Virus record (IMG/VR): IMGVR_UViG_3300037067_026010
Coordinates: 32,001-96,000 of that record
Direction: 5' to 3' (one strand)
From: a virus
Taxonomy: Duplodnaviria > Caudoviricetes
DNA: 64,000 nucleotides
Made by a program: the position numbers and the translations under genes. Within the stretch, counting starts at the first letter, position 1. Each line of letters starts with the position of its first letter. The notes beneath the pieces are model-generated. The model was given only the letters and a program-made list of their open reading frames with translations. It ran no database searches and was not told the DNA's origin. Below are positions 19,517 through 29,100 of this stretch, piece by piece.

Positions 19517-21850
19517 TTAGGCGACTTCGCCCAGATCAGTGGACGTGCTGGTTTCCTCGGGGTACGGTTCGATCGTTTTTTGCTTCAAAAACATGATGAC
19601 GTCGCCCAAGTCTTCAAAACTGTTCCTTAGGGCATCCTCGAGTTCGCTCATGTCCGCCTTGCCATAGCGTTCGGAAAAGCGGTCGCCGTGCCAGTAAAAG
19701 GCAAATAGCAGTCGCCCAAGGCGGTCCATGCCCTTCACCAGGTCCGGGATATGCCGCTCGATCATCGTGTCGTCGCGCGTGCTTTTCAGCAAGCTGCCGA
19801 TCATGGCGGTATCGAAAATTTCCTTTTGGCCCGACTCCGCGGCACTCTGCAGTCGCTGTGCATCCATCGGATCGCCGACCGACGCTGGGCTGGGGTTGTA
19901 AATCGCCCGATCCGTTTGGGCGGCGGACAGCTCCGGTATCGTCAGATGCTGCTCCATGAGCCCTTGTGTCGGCGCCGTGGACCCCATGATGTTGTTTTCG
20001 CCGTACGGCGGGTCGGGAATGAACGGCGCCGTCGGCCCATCCTGCGTCAAATAAGGCGCCGCGTACTTGACACGGCAGCGCAGCACGCGTTTCACGGCAG
20101 CCTGCTTCATGAGTTCGCGGGCAACGTCTTCCCGGAAGCCGTGGTCGCGTACGAGCGTCAACAGCGTAGGAAGCGGGGACTGCGTCGCCGCATTGTTGAT
20201 GCTGTACTGCGTACCGTCGAAATGAACCTTCAAGCTCGCTGTTTTCGTAATGATGCCTATCTCGGCATCGATGTAATCTCCCGGGCGCAGCGGCATCGTG
20301 CTACTACGCGCACTACTACCGCAACAGGGTTCGGTGGATTTGGCGTCAGCATCGACCTGTGCCTGCTGGACTTTCAGAAGTTTTGCCCCCTTCGGCACCC
20401 AGACATCGCCGCGCACAACGCGGAAGCTCGTGCCGTCTTTGCCGTTGATATGCACCCGTTGTCCGTCGTAGGTTCCGCAGCAAGGGCCGCAGCACGATGT
20501 TACAGGGTAGGGCCGTTTGTCCAGACCGTATTCGCAGTAATCGCTAAAGTTCACGTCGTAGCTCGCGCGATCGTTCTCCGTGCCTAGGGAGAGGTCGACG
20601 CGGAACGGCAGCGTCGCTGCGCCGCGCTGGCCAAGCAGCATATAACGATTATCGCTTTTTTCCAGGGAATCCGGCGTCGGCAGGGCATCCCACCATTTCG
20701 TATACTCGGCGTCTTCGATCTTACTGACGCACCATATACGCGACGGGTGCGCATTGCACCAATCCGCCTCGCCTTCGACGCGCACGAGCGTCGCGAAATG
20801 CACCTGGCCGCCGGCACCGTACGGCTGCATAGCGATGAAACATTTCTCGAAAGTGCCCGGCTTGGTCAATACCTGGTACAGGCCGGTTTCCGTCGGATTG
20901 AACAGCTTGCGCTGCACTTGGATGCTGTAGGGCACGGACACCTGTTCGCCGGTCCGGCGATCGCGAATCAGCACGGTATCCTTGAGCAGCTTCTCCTGAT
21001 CCTCTTCCGTCAGCCCGTTAGGCAGTTCCGTCTCCTGGGTGGCGTCGTAGGTGATGATTTGAAGTTCCCCCGTTTTCACGGGGTGCTGTGCACGCGGCAC
21101 ATCCAGCACCGAACCGTAAAGCGGTGGAGCTTTACGTGGTTGTGCATTTGGAGCCAACACGCTGTTGGCGCGAATACCCGCTGCCTTGATGGCGGCATGG
21201 ACGGTCTCCAGACCGTGATACTCGTCAAACGCTGCAGCGATTTTCGGGTGCGTCGTGAGGAACTCGACCAGCGTCTCCAATACCCGTAGATCCGCCTGCT
21301 TGAGAAACGCGGGCATATTCAGGGCCTCCCCGACGTCTTGCATCGCCTTTCGCGTATCCAATAACGCCGTATGGGCAAATGCCGGCACGGCCGGCTGTGC
21401 CCAGGACGCGAACTTATGCGGCGACATCGACAGCCGGTTCAGCTCGGGCTGCCGGACGCCGAGACTGCCCGTATTGCGTGGGGTACCTTTGCCCAAGCCC
21501 GCCGGTTTGCGATTCAGCAGGTAATTGAGCCAGTTTTCCTTGAGCGGCATAAACAGATCGCTGTTCTTCAGATACAGCATCTCCGTGCCTTTCACGTTCC
21601 CCTGCAGGAAAAAGATTGGCACGAAAATCTGTTGACTGCCAACCTTGAATCCGACGACTCCCACCGCACGGTCGTTGTCATCGCCGCGCTCGAGCAGTTG
21701 AAAACCCTGCTCGTAGTCCAGCAGGGTGGGACACTTGTCCTTGAGCACGGCATGGGCCAGGGAAGAAAGGCTCGCTTCGAAATTGCCGGAATTCCCGTCC
21801 TCGCCGAGAGTTGCCATTTTCTGCCGCTGCGACTGCATAAGATAGGTCAT
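19517..21850 (-). CDS. Large virion/internal protein with multiple KxA sites
   Basis: Start ATG 21850 preferred; QKMAT, HKFAS, LKQAD, TKTAS, MKQAA and VKYAA divide the protein into segments. Confidence 0.7.
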   Translation of the reverse strand: MTYLMQSQRQKMATLGEDGNSGNFEASLSSLAHAVLKDKCPTLLDYEQGFQLLERGDDNDRAVGVVGFKVGSQQIFVPIFFLQGNVKGTEMLYLKNSDLFMPLKENWLNYLLNRKPAGLGKGTPRNTGSLGVRQPELNRLSMSPHKFASWAQPAVPAFAHTALLDTRKAMQDVGEALNMPAFLKQADLRVLETLVEFLTTHPKIAAAFDEYHGLETVHAAIKAAGIRANSVLAPNAQPRKAPPLYGSVLDVPRAQHPVKTGELQIITYDATQETELPNGLTEEDQEKLLKDTVLIRDRRTGEQVSVPYSIQVQRKLFNPTETGLYQVLTKPGTFEKCFIAMQPYGAGGQVHFATLVRVEGEADWCNAHPSRIWCVSKIEDAEYTKWWDALPTPDSLEKSDNRYMLLGQRGAATLPFRVDLSLGTENDRASYDVNFSDYCEYGLDKRPYPVTSCCGPCCGTYDGQRVHINGKDGTSFRVVRGDVWVPKGAKLLKVQQAQVDADAKSTEPCCGSSARSSTMPLRPGDYIDAEIGIITKTASLKVHFDGTQYSINNAATQSPLPTLLTLVRDHGFREDVARELMKQAAVKRVLRCRVKYAAPYLTQDGPTAPFIPDPPYGENNIMGSTAPTQGLMEQHLTIPELSAAQTDRAIYNPSPASVGDPMDAQRLQSAAESGQKEIFDTAMIGSLLKSTRDDTMIERHIPDLVKGMDRLGRLLFAFYWHGDRFSERYGKADMSELEDALRNSFEDLGDVIMFLKQKTIEPYPEETSTSTDLGEVA

Positions 21851-22005
21851 GAAATTCGTCCTTGAATCGTGGCCGAGCCGGGAAATACCCACGAACCCTT
21901 CTAATAGCCTAACAAATCATTCCCCGCGCCGCTATCCAAATTCCGGCAGCTGGTTTACGGCGCAGCAACGTGGGCAGATAGTTTTGCCGGATGGCTACAC
22001 GCTTG

Positions 22006-25000
22006 CTACCAGCCCTTCGTAGCACCCGTCCGTCCGAACTCGGTACCGGCGGCTAACGCCGGTACATAACTGGTGCCGCTGGTGTCAGATACATCCCCAC
22101 GGGCCACACCCTTGAGCAGGCTTTTTTTCTGATCGCCAGCCAAGAACCTCGTCATCCAGTCCGGGTCTTGGGCGGCGTTGGCCACTCCACGGATCATTTC
22201 CGGGGCGAAGGGCGGCGGATCTCTGTGGGCAAATATGCGTGTAACGCCGTACCGCTCCATAGCCGGCAACATGGACGGCTGCACCTTGGTGCCTATCGTA
22301 TGCTGGAGCACCGGTCGTTCCAAATAGTAGCCGACGGCTTGTTTCGGCGGTGCGATGATGTGACCCGGCCGCGGCATCCATTCTCGCTCGAGTGTCTGGT
22401 ACGGCACGACGTCGTCCGGCGCCCAATGCCCGTATTCCTCGGCAAGCCGCACATGATTGATCAAACCGCGCGCCAGCAACTCGATGTTCCTTCGGTGCGC
22501 CGAGACACCGGAGTCCGCCAACATTTTACGAAAGGCATCCACAAAATACCGACGGCCTTCGCCGATGCCCTTGTGTTTGACTATTTCCGCCGGATTGGGC
22601 GTACCGCCGCTCAGGATATCGCCGGCTTCCGCGTAGTCCCCGACTTTGACCTGCAACTTGCGATCGGCCGGCACGTAATGGTCCTCGCCCTCGATCGTGA
22701 CGTACGAGCCACCGGCAGGTGCTTCGCGTATATGGTTGATGCGACCATCCTTTTGTGCATGGGTGGCGCCGCCGGGAAAGTGTTTGGGAACCTGAATCAG
22801 GGCGTCAATGCCTTTAAAACCGGCGATAGCTCCGGCTTCGGCTGCACCGGCTACTCCCCCGGTGTGCTTCGAGGAGTTGGAGACGATTAGGCCATTTGCC
22901 AGAACAAAGAGATGCGAAGCATGATCCACTTCGAGATCATAAGTCTGCTGTAAACCGACCGGTGCCATTTCTTCACGCAGTAACTTGTAATAAGCGTGTG
23001 GCCGGATTACTTGCCAATTAGCAAGTTTCTCGGCCAAAACACGCTGCTTAACCCCGTAAAGGGGAATGGCTGCGGCACAACGGCGGATGCCGTCTTCGTG
23101 GGTAATGTCAATTTGATAAAGCGTACGTTTTCGGCCACTGTTATTATGGTACGGCCCGGTAGCGTATACCCCGAAACGCCAAGCTAGCAATTCCCTTACT
23201 TTGCGTGCCATAGCTAGTGACGTAGACGCAAAACCAAGATAGGGCTTGGCTCTGTCCGCATAACAATCCGGGGTGAAAACCGAGCCATCTGTGACCATGA
23301 GCCCGCCCAACAGGGCTGCAATAGATCGATTGTTCCAGCTGTCGATGGCTGCCGGCAATTCTTTTTCGTGAGCATATTTACCAAGCATCTCGTGGTCATG
23401 CAACCAGCGTCGAATTGGGTTAAGATAACCTTCCTTTATGCGTCCCTGACTATCCCGCGGTGCCGACGCCTGCACGAGCTGGCTTACCCGATAATACCCC
23501 GTATGCCCGGCTAAGCGTGTTAATTTCAAATTCAAAGGGGACAATTCTGCTTTCAAATCTTCAATCAGACTTGGATCATAACAACTGAAATTGACGCCAT
23601 TCGCGGCGTCCGTGTAACAACCGTCTCCAAGTACTAATCCCACTAGGAGAGCCATTGGCTCATCAACGTAACGTGCATCGTCGTCAAAAGCAATGGGCAA
23701 TACGGCGCGCAGTCGCCGCGTACGCAGCCCGACAGGGTATTGCATCGGTACGCCGTTAAAAACGTCCGCCTTGCAATTGGACGTGTAACGGATACCGAGG
23801 ATTTTGTGCTCCACCGTAGAGACCAGTGTTACACCGCTGTGGTCTCGCCTGAAGGGGTACCGGAAAAATGTACGGTAGCATGACCGCAAGCCGTTGTCGA
23901 AACAGCGTAGTACCTGTACCGGGAAGGTACGCCCGGTTTCATCCGCACCCAAAATCCAATCACCTGGGCGGACACGCTCGATCGCTTTTGTTGTCCAATC
24001 CGCCATGCGCACCAGTGTGCCCTGCGCCAGACAGATTTGCGCCTGTGTGATCGGCGCCGACAGTGCATGCGCCGCCGCCACGCCAATGAAGTCGCCTGTA
24101 GGCGGTATGCCGCCTCGCTCGCGCCTTCCGGCGTCACGTGCATAGACACCGCCGTCGGATGGGCCGCCCACCGTCGTACTGCGCACCAGGATTTCGTCGA
24201 CGCCTTTATTTTTTAGATCTCGGAGTATTTTCGGAGTGAGTTCCGTATTGCGGTTGTAGCCGCCGACGGCATGCGCCAAAAGCGCCCCGGCATTGTCCGG
24301 GTCGTCCGTGGCTATGGGCATTCCGCGCGGCATGGCCTCGTCGTAGGGCCGGTCGTCGTCGAGAGCGGAGACGAGTAGTCGGTGATTTGCCGCCACGAGC
24401 TGTTTCCCGAGGAAACCGGCTTTTGCGGTGGAAGCCTTCAAGTCAAGGATCCCCTTTCGTGCCCCGTAAGCTCCTGCAAAGTACTCGACGGGCGATAAAC
24501 CCTGGCTGTAACTGCGCGTGACGGGGACGGGCAACACGTTGCCGCGATGGTCCGTATACAGCAAGTCCGCCCCCACCAGGCTCGAAAGAAACTGTTCCCC
24601 CTGCTTGCTGCGGGCTCCACTGGCCACTTGGCGCCACAACGGGTTGTCCGTCTCAGCCAGCTCTTTGAGCAGCCTGGGCAGCATCTTGTTCTTCGCCATG
24701 CCTGCCGCGTGGATAACTCTGTCGTTCCGTTCGCTTTCCGACAGTTTGGGGTCCGAGAGGATGCGCTGGATTTCCGAACGCAGCTCCAGCTGCATTTGCT
24801 TGGCTGCCAGGGTGCTCTGCAGATGCTTGAGGCCGAAAGAGTAGCCGCCGGTGCTGTAGGCCGCATCCCGGCCTACGTCCGACAGCTTTTTCGAGACTTC
24901 GCGATATTTGTCCGGATGCTTTTCCGCTACGACCTGCAGCAACTTCTTCTGCATCTTGCCGTCGAGTACGCGGTCGTAGTCGCGCATATCCTCCGGCAAG

Positions 25001-25041
25001 GCTTCGTTGACGAGCAGTTGTCCGACGGTGGTTTTGAGCAT
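22006..25041 (-). CDS. rpoC: Phage multi-subunit RNA polymerase, beta' C-terminal part, intein-containing
   Basis: Bridge helix EYFAGAYGARKGILDLKASTAKAGFLGKQL; trigger loop AAAHALSAPITQAQI-[intein]-SSKHTGG; HRRNIELLARGL; DWMTRF...LLKGVARG. Confidence 0.9.
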   Translation of the reverse strand: MLKTTVGQLLVNEALPEDMRDYDRVLDGKMQKKLLQVVAEKHPDKYREVSKKLSDVGRDAAYSTGGYSFGLKHLQSTLAAKQMQLELRSEIQRILSDPKLSESERNDRVIHAAGMAKNKMLPRLLKELAETDNPLWRQVASGARSKQGEQFLSSLVGADLLYTDHRGNVLPVPVTRSYSQGLSPVEYFAGAYGARKGILDLKASTAKAGFLGKQLVAANHRLLVSALDDDRPYDEAMPRGMPIATDDPDNAGALLAHAVGGYNRNTELTPKILRDLKNKGVDEILVRSTTVGGPSDGGVYARDAGRRERGGIPPTGDFIGVAAAHALSAPITQAQICLAQGTLVRMADWTTKAIERVRPGDWILGADETGRTFPVQVLRCFDNGLRSCYRTFFRYPFRRDHSGVTLVSTVEHKILGIRYTSNCKADVFNGVPMQYPVGLRTRRLRAVLPIAFDDDARYVDEPMALLVGLVLGDGCYTDAANGVNFSCYDPSLIEDLKAELSPLNLKLTRLAGHTGYYRVSQLVQASAPRDSQGRIKEGYLNPIRRWLHDHEMLGKYAHEKELPAAIDSWNNRSIAALLGGLMVTDGSVFTPDCYADRAKPYLGFASTSLAMARKVRELLAWRFGVYATGPYHNNSGRKRTLYQIDITHEDGIRRCAAAIPLYGVKQRVLAEKLANWQVIRPHAYYKLLREEMAPVGLQQTYDLEVDHASHLFVLANGLIVSNSSKHTGGVAGAAEAGAIAGFKGIDALIQVPKHFPGGATHAQKDGRINHIREAPAGGSYVTIEGEDHYVPADRKLQVKVGDYAEAGDILSGGTPNPAEIVKHKGIGEGRRYFVDAFRKMLADSGVSAHRRNIELLARGLINHVRLAEEYGHWAPDDVVPYQTLEREWMPRPGHIIAPPKQAVGYYLERPVLQHTIGTKVQPSMLPAMERYGVTRIFAHRDPPPFAPEMIRGVANAAQDPDWMTRFLAGDQKKSLLKGVARGDVSDTSGTSYVPALAAGTEFGRTGATKGW
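22876..24033 (-). mobile_element. Intein (386 aa) with LAGLIDADG homing endonuclease, in the beta' trigger loop
   Basis: Starts CLAQGTLVRMAD, has block B STVEH, LLVGLVLGDG and LLGGLMVTDG motifs, and ends HLFVLANGLIVSN followed by Ser. Confidence 0.9.
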
Positions 25042-25083
25042 GGTGCTATTTCCGGCTGTCGTACTGCAGCCGGTCGTACAAAA

Positions 25084-25099
25084 CGGTAATTAAGCACCG
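25084..25099 (+). repeat. 16-bp quasi-palindrome CGGTAATTAAGCACCG, copy 2
   Basis: Exact match; about 42 bp upstream of the beta'-C start. Confidence 0.9.
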
Positions 25100-25360
25100 C
25101 TATCCGATAAGCTGTGCCGTATCGAAGCGCACCTGGGCCAACGGCGTCTGCTCCGGCTGCGTGCAGATCACCGTTTGCGCGACGCCGAGCTGCCGAAGCA
25201 GTTTGTCGAAGTCCTTATCGCCGACCCGTGCGACGTAGTAACCCTGGGTATCCCACTCCATCGCCATAATCAGCGGATTTCGGTGTGTATCGTAGACGAC
25301 CACGCGCGTGCACGGAATGCGCTGCGGGGCCCCCAGGCCGTTATGTATTTCTGCGATCAT
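25100..25360 (-). CDS. Hypothetical protein between RNAP genes
   Basis: 86 aa with AAGGA RBS. Confidence 0.7.
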   Translation of the reverse strand: MIAEIHNGLGAPQRIPCTRVVVYDTHRNPLIMAMEWDTQGYYVARVGDKDFDKLLRQLGVAQTVICTQPEQTPLAQVRFDTAQLIG

Positions 25361-25373
25361 CGAAACGGTTTCC

Positions 25374-26096
25374 TTAACCTGCCGCCCTCGTACGGCTGCG
25401 CATTAACGCCGCCAAAGCCGCCGCCCCCGTCGTCGGCGACGGTATCTCGGCCTCCGTCCTATCGATGGGACGACCGACGTAGGCCACCTTTGCTGTGTCC
25501 TGCTGCGCCAACTCGGGGCTGGCCCCCTGCATCGGTTCGATCGCCTGGATGGCGCTTTGCCCTGCGCCTTGTCCCGGGCTTTGTCCCTGGCTCTGCCCCT
25601 GGCCTTGTGCCATCGGATCGTTTGGTCCGCCCGGCAGTGCGGATTCCACCGGCGGAGGCCCGAATTGCCCGGGCGGCATGACCAGGGCCTCCGGCGGCAT
25701 CTGAATTTGCAGTGAATTCATGATAGCCGTCAGCATTTGCTGCAGATTGTACATGCGGTAGTCGAGCTGCGTCATCATCTCTTCGGGCTTGCGCTTTACC
25801 GGAGCAGGAGCTGCGGCTTGTCCCGGCATTTGTCCCGGCATTTGTCCCGGCATTGGCGGAGGCATTCCCATCATAGCCGTCGGATCCATGCCCGGCATCG
25901 GAGCTGCCGGCGGCGGTGCGCCAGGCATTCCCGGAGCACCCCCCGCGCCTGCCATCGCTGCAGGGTCCTGTTGCATCGCCGCGGGGTCCTGCGGCATCGC
26001 CGCGCCGGCGCCCTCGGGCGGCTGAAAGGCCTCCTTGGTTTGTTGCTGCCAGACGCGTTCTCTGGCCAAAGCGAGCAGTATGGGGTTGACGCTCAT
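25374..26096 (-). CDS. Pro/Gln/Met-rich disordered protein with KxA sites
   Basis: 240 aa; TKEAF and AKVAY; MPGQ and QGQS repeats; AGGAG RBS. Confidence 0.7.
   Translation of the reverse strand: MSVNPILLALARERVWQQQTKEAFQPPEGAGAAMPQDPAAMQQDPAAMAGAGGAPGMPGAPPPAAPMPGMDPTAMMGMPPPMPGQMPGQMPGQAAAPAPVKRKPEEMMTQLDYRMYNLQQMLTAIMNSLQIQMPPEALVMPPGQFGPPPVESALPGGPNDPMAQGQGQSQGQSPGQGAGQSAIQAIEPMQGASPELAQQDTAKVAYVGRPIDRTEAEIPSPTTGAAALAALMRSRTRAAG
25818..25853 (+). repeat. 12-bp tandem repeat x3 (encodes MPGQ)
   Basis: TTGTCCCGGCAT repeated three times. Confidence 0.9.
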
Positions 26097-26115
26097 GGTT
26101 TACTCCTGCGATTCG

Positions 26116-29100
26116 CTAATTGTGAACGACGACCTGGCGGTCTACGTTGATTTTTCCTTGACGATAAGCACGTACAGCGTCCGCTACTGTAGCAAAGTGT
26201 ACCGGTTTATTCTTTTTATCGATAGCCCCAGATGCCTCGTAAAGGCCTGCCGTGTATTCTTTACCGGGCGTTTGGTGCACCTGGAACGTCGACGGCGAGA
26301 AGAGATTGGAAGACGGCAGCATTTTCTCCAGGGCCTCCTGGGCCGCTTCGTCGGTGCCGGGTACGTGAAATTGCATCGTATTGCTTAGGAATACGCCGTC
26401 TACATCCATAAATGTTTCCGGTCCGGGCACGGTTAAATCGTATCCCGTCACGCATTGCTCGCCGACTTCGACGTTCGCGACCTGCTCCCATGTAATATCG
26501 GTGTTTCCAACGATATTTTGCCATAGCTCCCACTCTGGATGCATCGCAGCCTTGGTTACATCAACAAACTTGGTTATTCGTTCAGCGGATTGTCGTGTAA
26601 CGTAACCACTATGCCGCGCTCGCATAAATGCCATATAGATAGCTTCTTGCCCAGCCGGCCACTTTTTGTGATTTTTCGGCGTATACATAAGGCCTGTCAG
26701 CCACTTGGCTAATTCAAAGCTAACCGGAATAAGGTCATGGCGAACAGCGGCGGGCGTTGCCTCCACAACAATCGAACGCAGCTTCTGTAATTTGTCCGTA
26801 TGTACCATCACTGCACCGCCCCACTTCGCAATATCACCGTTGGCAAAAGATAATTGCCAAAAAGGCAGGCCTGCCGGCGTGTTGCTCGGCGTAATCCGGC
26901 CACGTATGCCTAAAGAAGCAGCCAACAGCCGCACTTCTTGCACAAGGCGCAGACTGCGACTGGAATAGCCTGACATCAGCTGCGGTTTTTTGCCCTTTGC
27001 CCTGGCTATTGAAATCGACCCATCCGTATCCATACAACCGGCGAATAATCCCATACGTGCCGCTCGCGGCGCTGCTAAGAACCAGCCCGGAAGATGCTTC
27101 GCCTCGGCAGTATGCCCGATCATAGGCGCCAATAGCCGCGCCAAGGTCACGCTATTGTAGGTGATCCGCTGGCTGTGACCATACGACGCGGTACTTATGA
27201 TATGTACGCCTTTTGGCCCGTCGCCTGCAAACAACGATGCAATAATCCGGGCAATTTTCTCCTGAACTTCACCGCTGATGCCTGCTAAACTGAAATCGCG
27301 GATAACTCCTCTCAAGCGTGTTGTCCACCCGTCGCCTACTGCACAACCGCACAAATAGCCAAAATCCTCGTCTAAGGCAATTTGTGGCTTGAGCCATAGC
27401 GGCTGTACCGTGTCTGGCAGCGGTGGCCGCACAATTTGCAATTCCGCGTGTTCCAGCGAAGCCAGATGGGCCGCGCGCGGCACCATAAATTTGCGGGACA
27501 GTGCGTCCTGCGGACGCGCTCGTGTAAGTGCCAGCGTGCCACAGGCTACACCATAAACCGCCCGAGGGTCGTCATCCGTGAAAATCTGGCGACCGGACTG
27601 TAACGTAACTGCGATCATCGGGCAATCGCGATGCACGGACCACACCGTCGGATGCCGCCAGACGGCTGCGCCAGTCACCGGGCAATGCGCCAGTACCTCC
27701 ACATCCTCCGGCACAGCGAACCAATCGATCGGACCATGTTGCCCGCGTGTTCGGTGCAGCAATTCGCCGTGTGGGAAATCTTGCAAATGCGTAAGAAATA
27801 CGTCGTAGCCGCGGCAATGCGGCAGCGCAACTTTAAAGCGTGCAGACATTTTGTGCTCCTGTAAAAATGTGGACGATTTCGTACTAGTCCGCATTATAAC
27901 ATCGAGCTTACTTTTTCTGCAACGCCAAAATACATGGGAAAATTGGCTATCGCCATCGAAGTCGGCGCTTAGACCACCGATAATCAACGGGCTAATCCTC
28001 AACACGTCCCCCTTTGCCAACTGCGGCTTTGCCGCCATCAGTCCAAAGCGGTGGAGCGTGGGTGCCCGGTTGATGATAACCGGCCGGCTTTCCATCTCTT
28101 CGAGGAGCGCCTTCCGAGCGGTCGGTGATCGATCTTCAACGAGGGCATTTGCCCGGAGCGTGGGGACGTTATTGCGCCGGAGATTGCGGATGACGAAGGG
28201 CTTATAGATTTCCCAGGCTTTGTCCTCGGGGAGACCCACCGTGTCCATATCCAGTTCAGGATCCGGCACAATAACCGCCCGGCCGACCAGGTCGACGCTT
28301 CCCCCGAGCAGCCTACGTTGCACCGACCCGAATTTTGGGGAGTGGCTAAAGACTTCGCGCAGGATGCCCCGGACATTGCGCTCTCGATTCTTGGGATGGA
28401 TGGGGTCGCCGAGGCCGACGACGCCCTTGAATGCGTTGTAGACATTTTGATGCTCCTCGCCGACGTTGTCGCCTAACTGCTCCTGTGCCTGTTTAAGCAA
28501 CTGCACGGAGTCGAACAATTCCTTATAAAGTAGATTTGCGTCATCCACCAAAGGCAGTTTCTTGGCACCGAGCGTGCTTACCGGCCGGAAGAACGGCGGA
28601 AGCACGGGAACCTTATCGAGCATCCATTCCCGCGGGTGAAGCTGCAGTTCCTGAGCACTTTTGAGATAGCCCAGCCGGCGCACCGCGATATCGCGCCGAG
28701 ACTTTTTGGCGCTGCGGATATCTTCGCGGCAACGCTCGATTTCCTTATCCACATTGATGTTGGCGAGCGCCGTGCCGATCGCTTGCGGCCCGGTCGTGCC
28801 GTTCAGTTGCAGCTTGTTCCCGATAATGTCTTGAAACTGCTGCTCCGTAAGCCCCAGCATCCGTCGGATGGGATCCTCCATGGCCGGGTTTGGGACGGGG
28901 TAGGGTAACGCAATATAAGCCCAATTCCTGCCGCCGTGTCCCCCTGTAGTAGCAGGGTCGAAGAGTCCTCCCGGAACCGGGCTGAGATCTTTCCAGTCCA
29001 CGGTTTCCAGCGTCAAGCCGCCGCGGCCGTCCGGAGTTCCCTTGATCTCGCGGTCGCCGGCAAGCTGCTCGACGTCGCGAGAGGTCAGCGCCATGATCTG

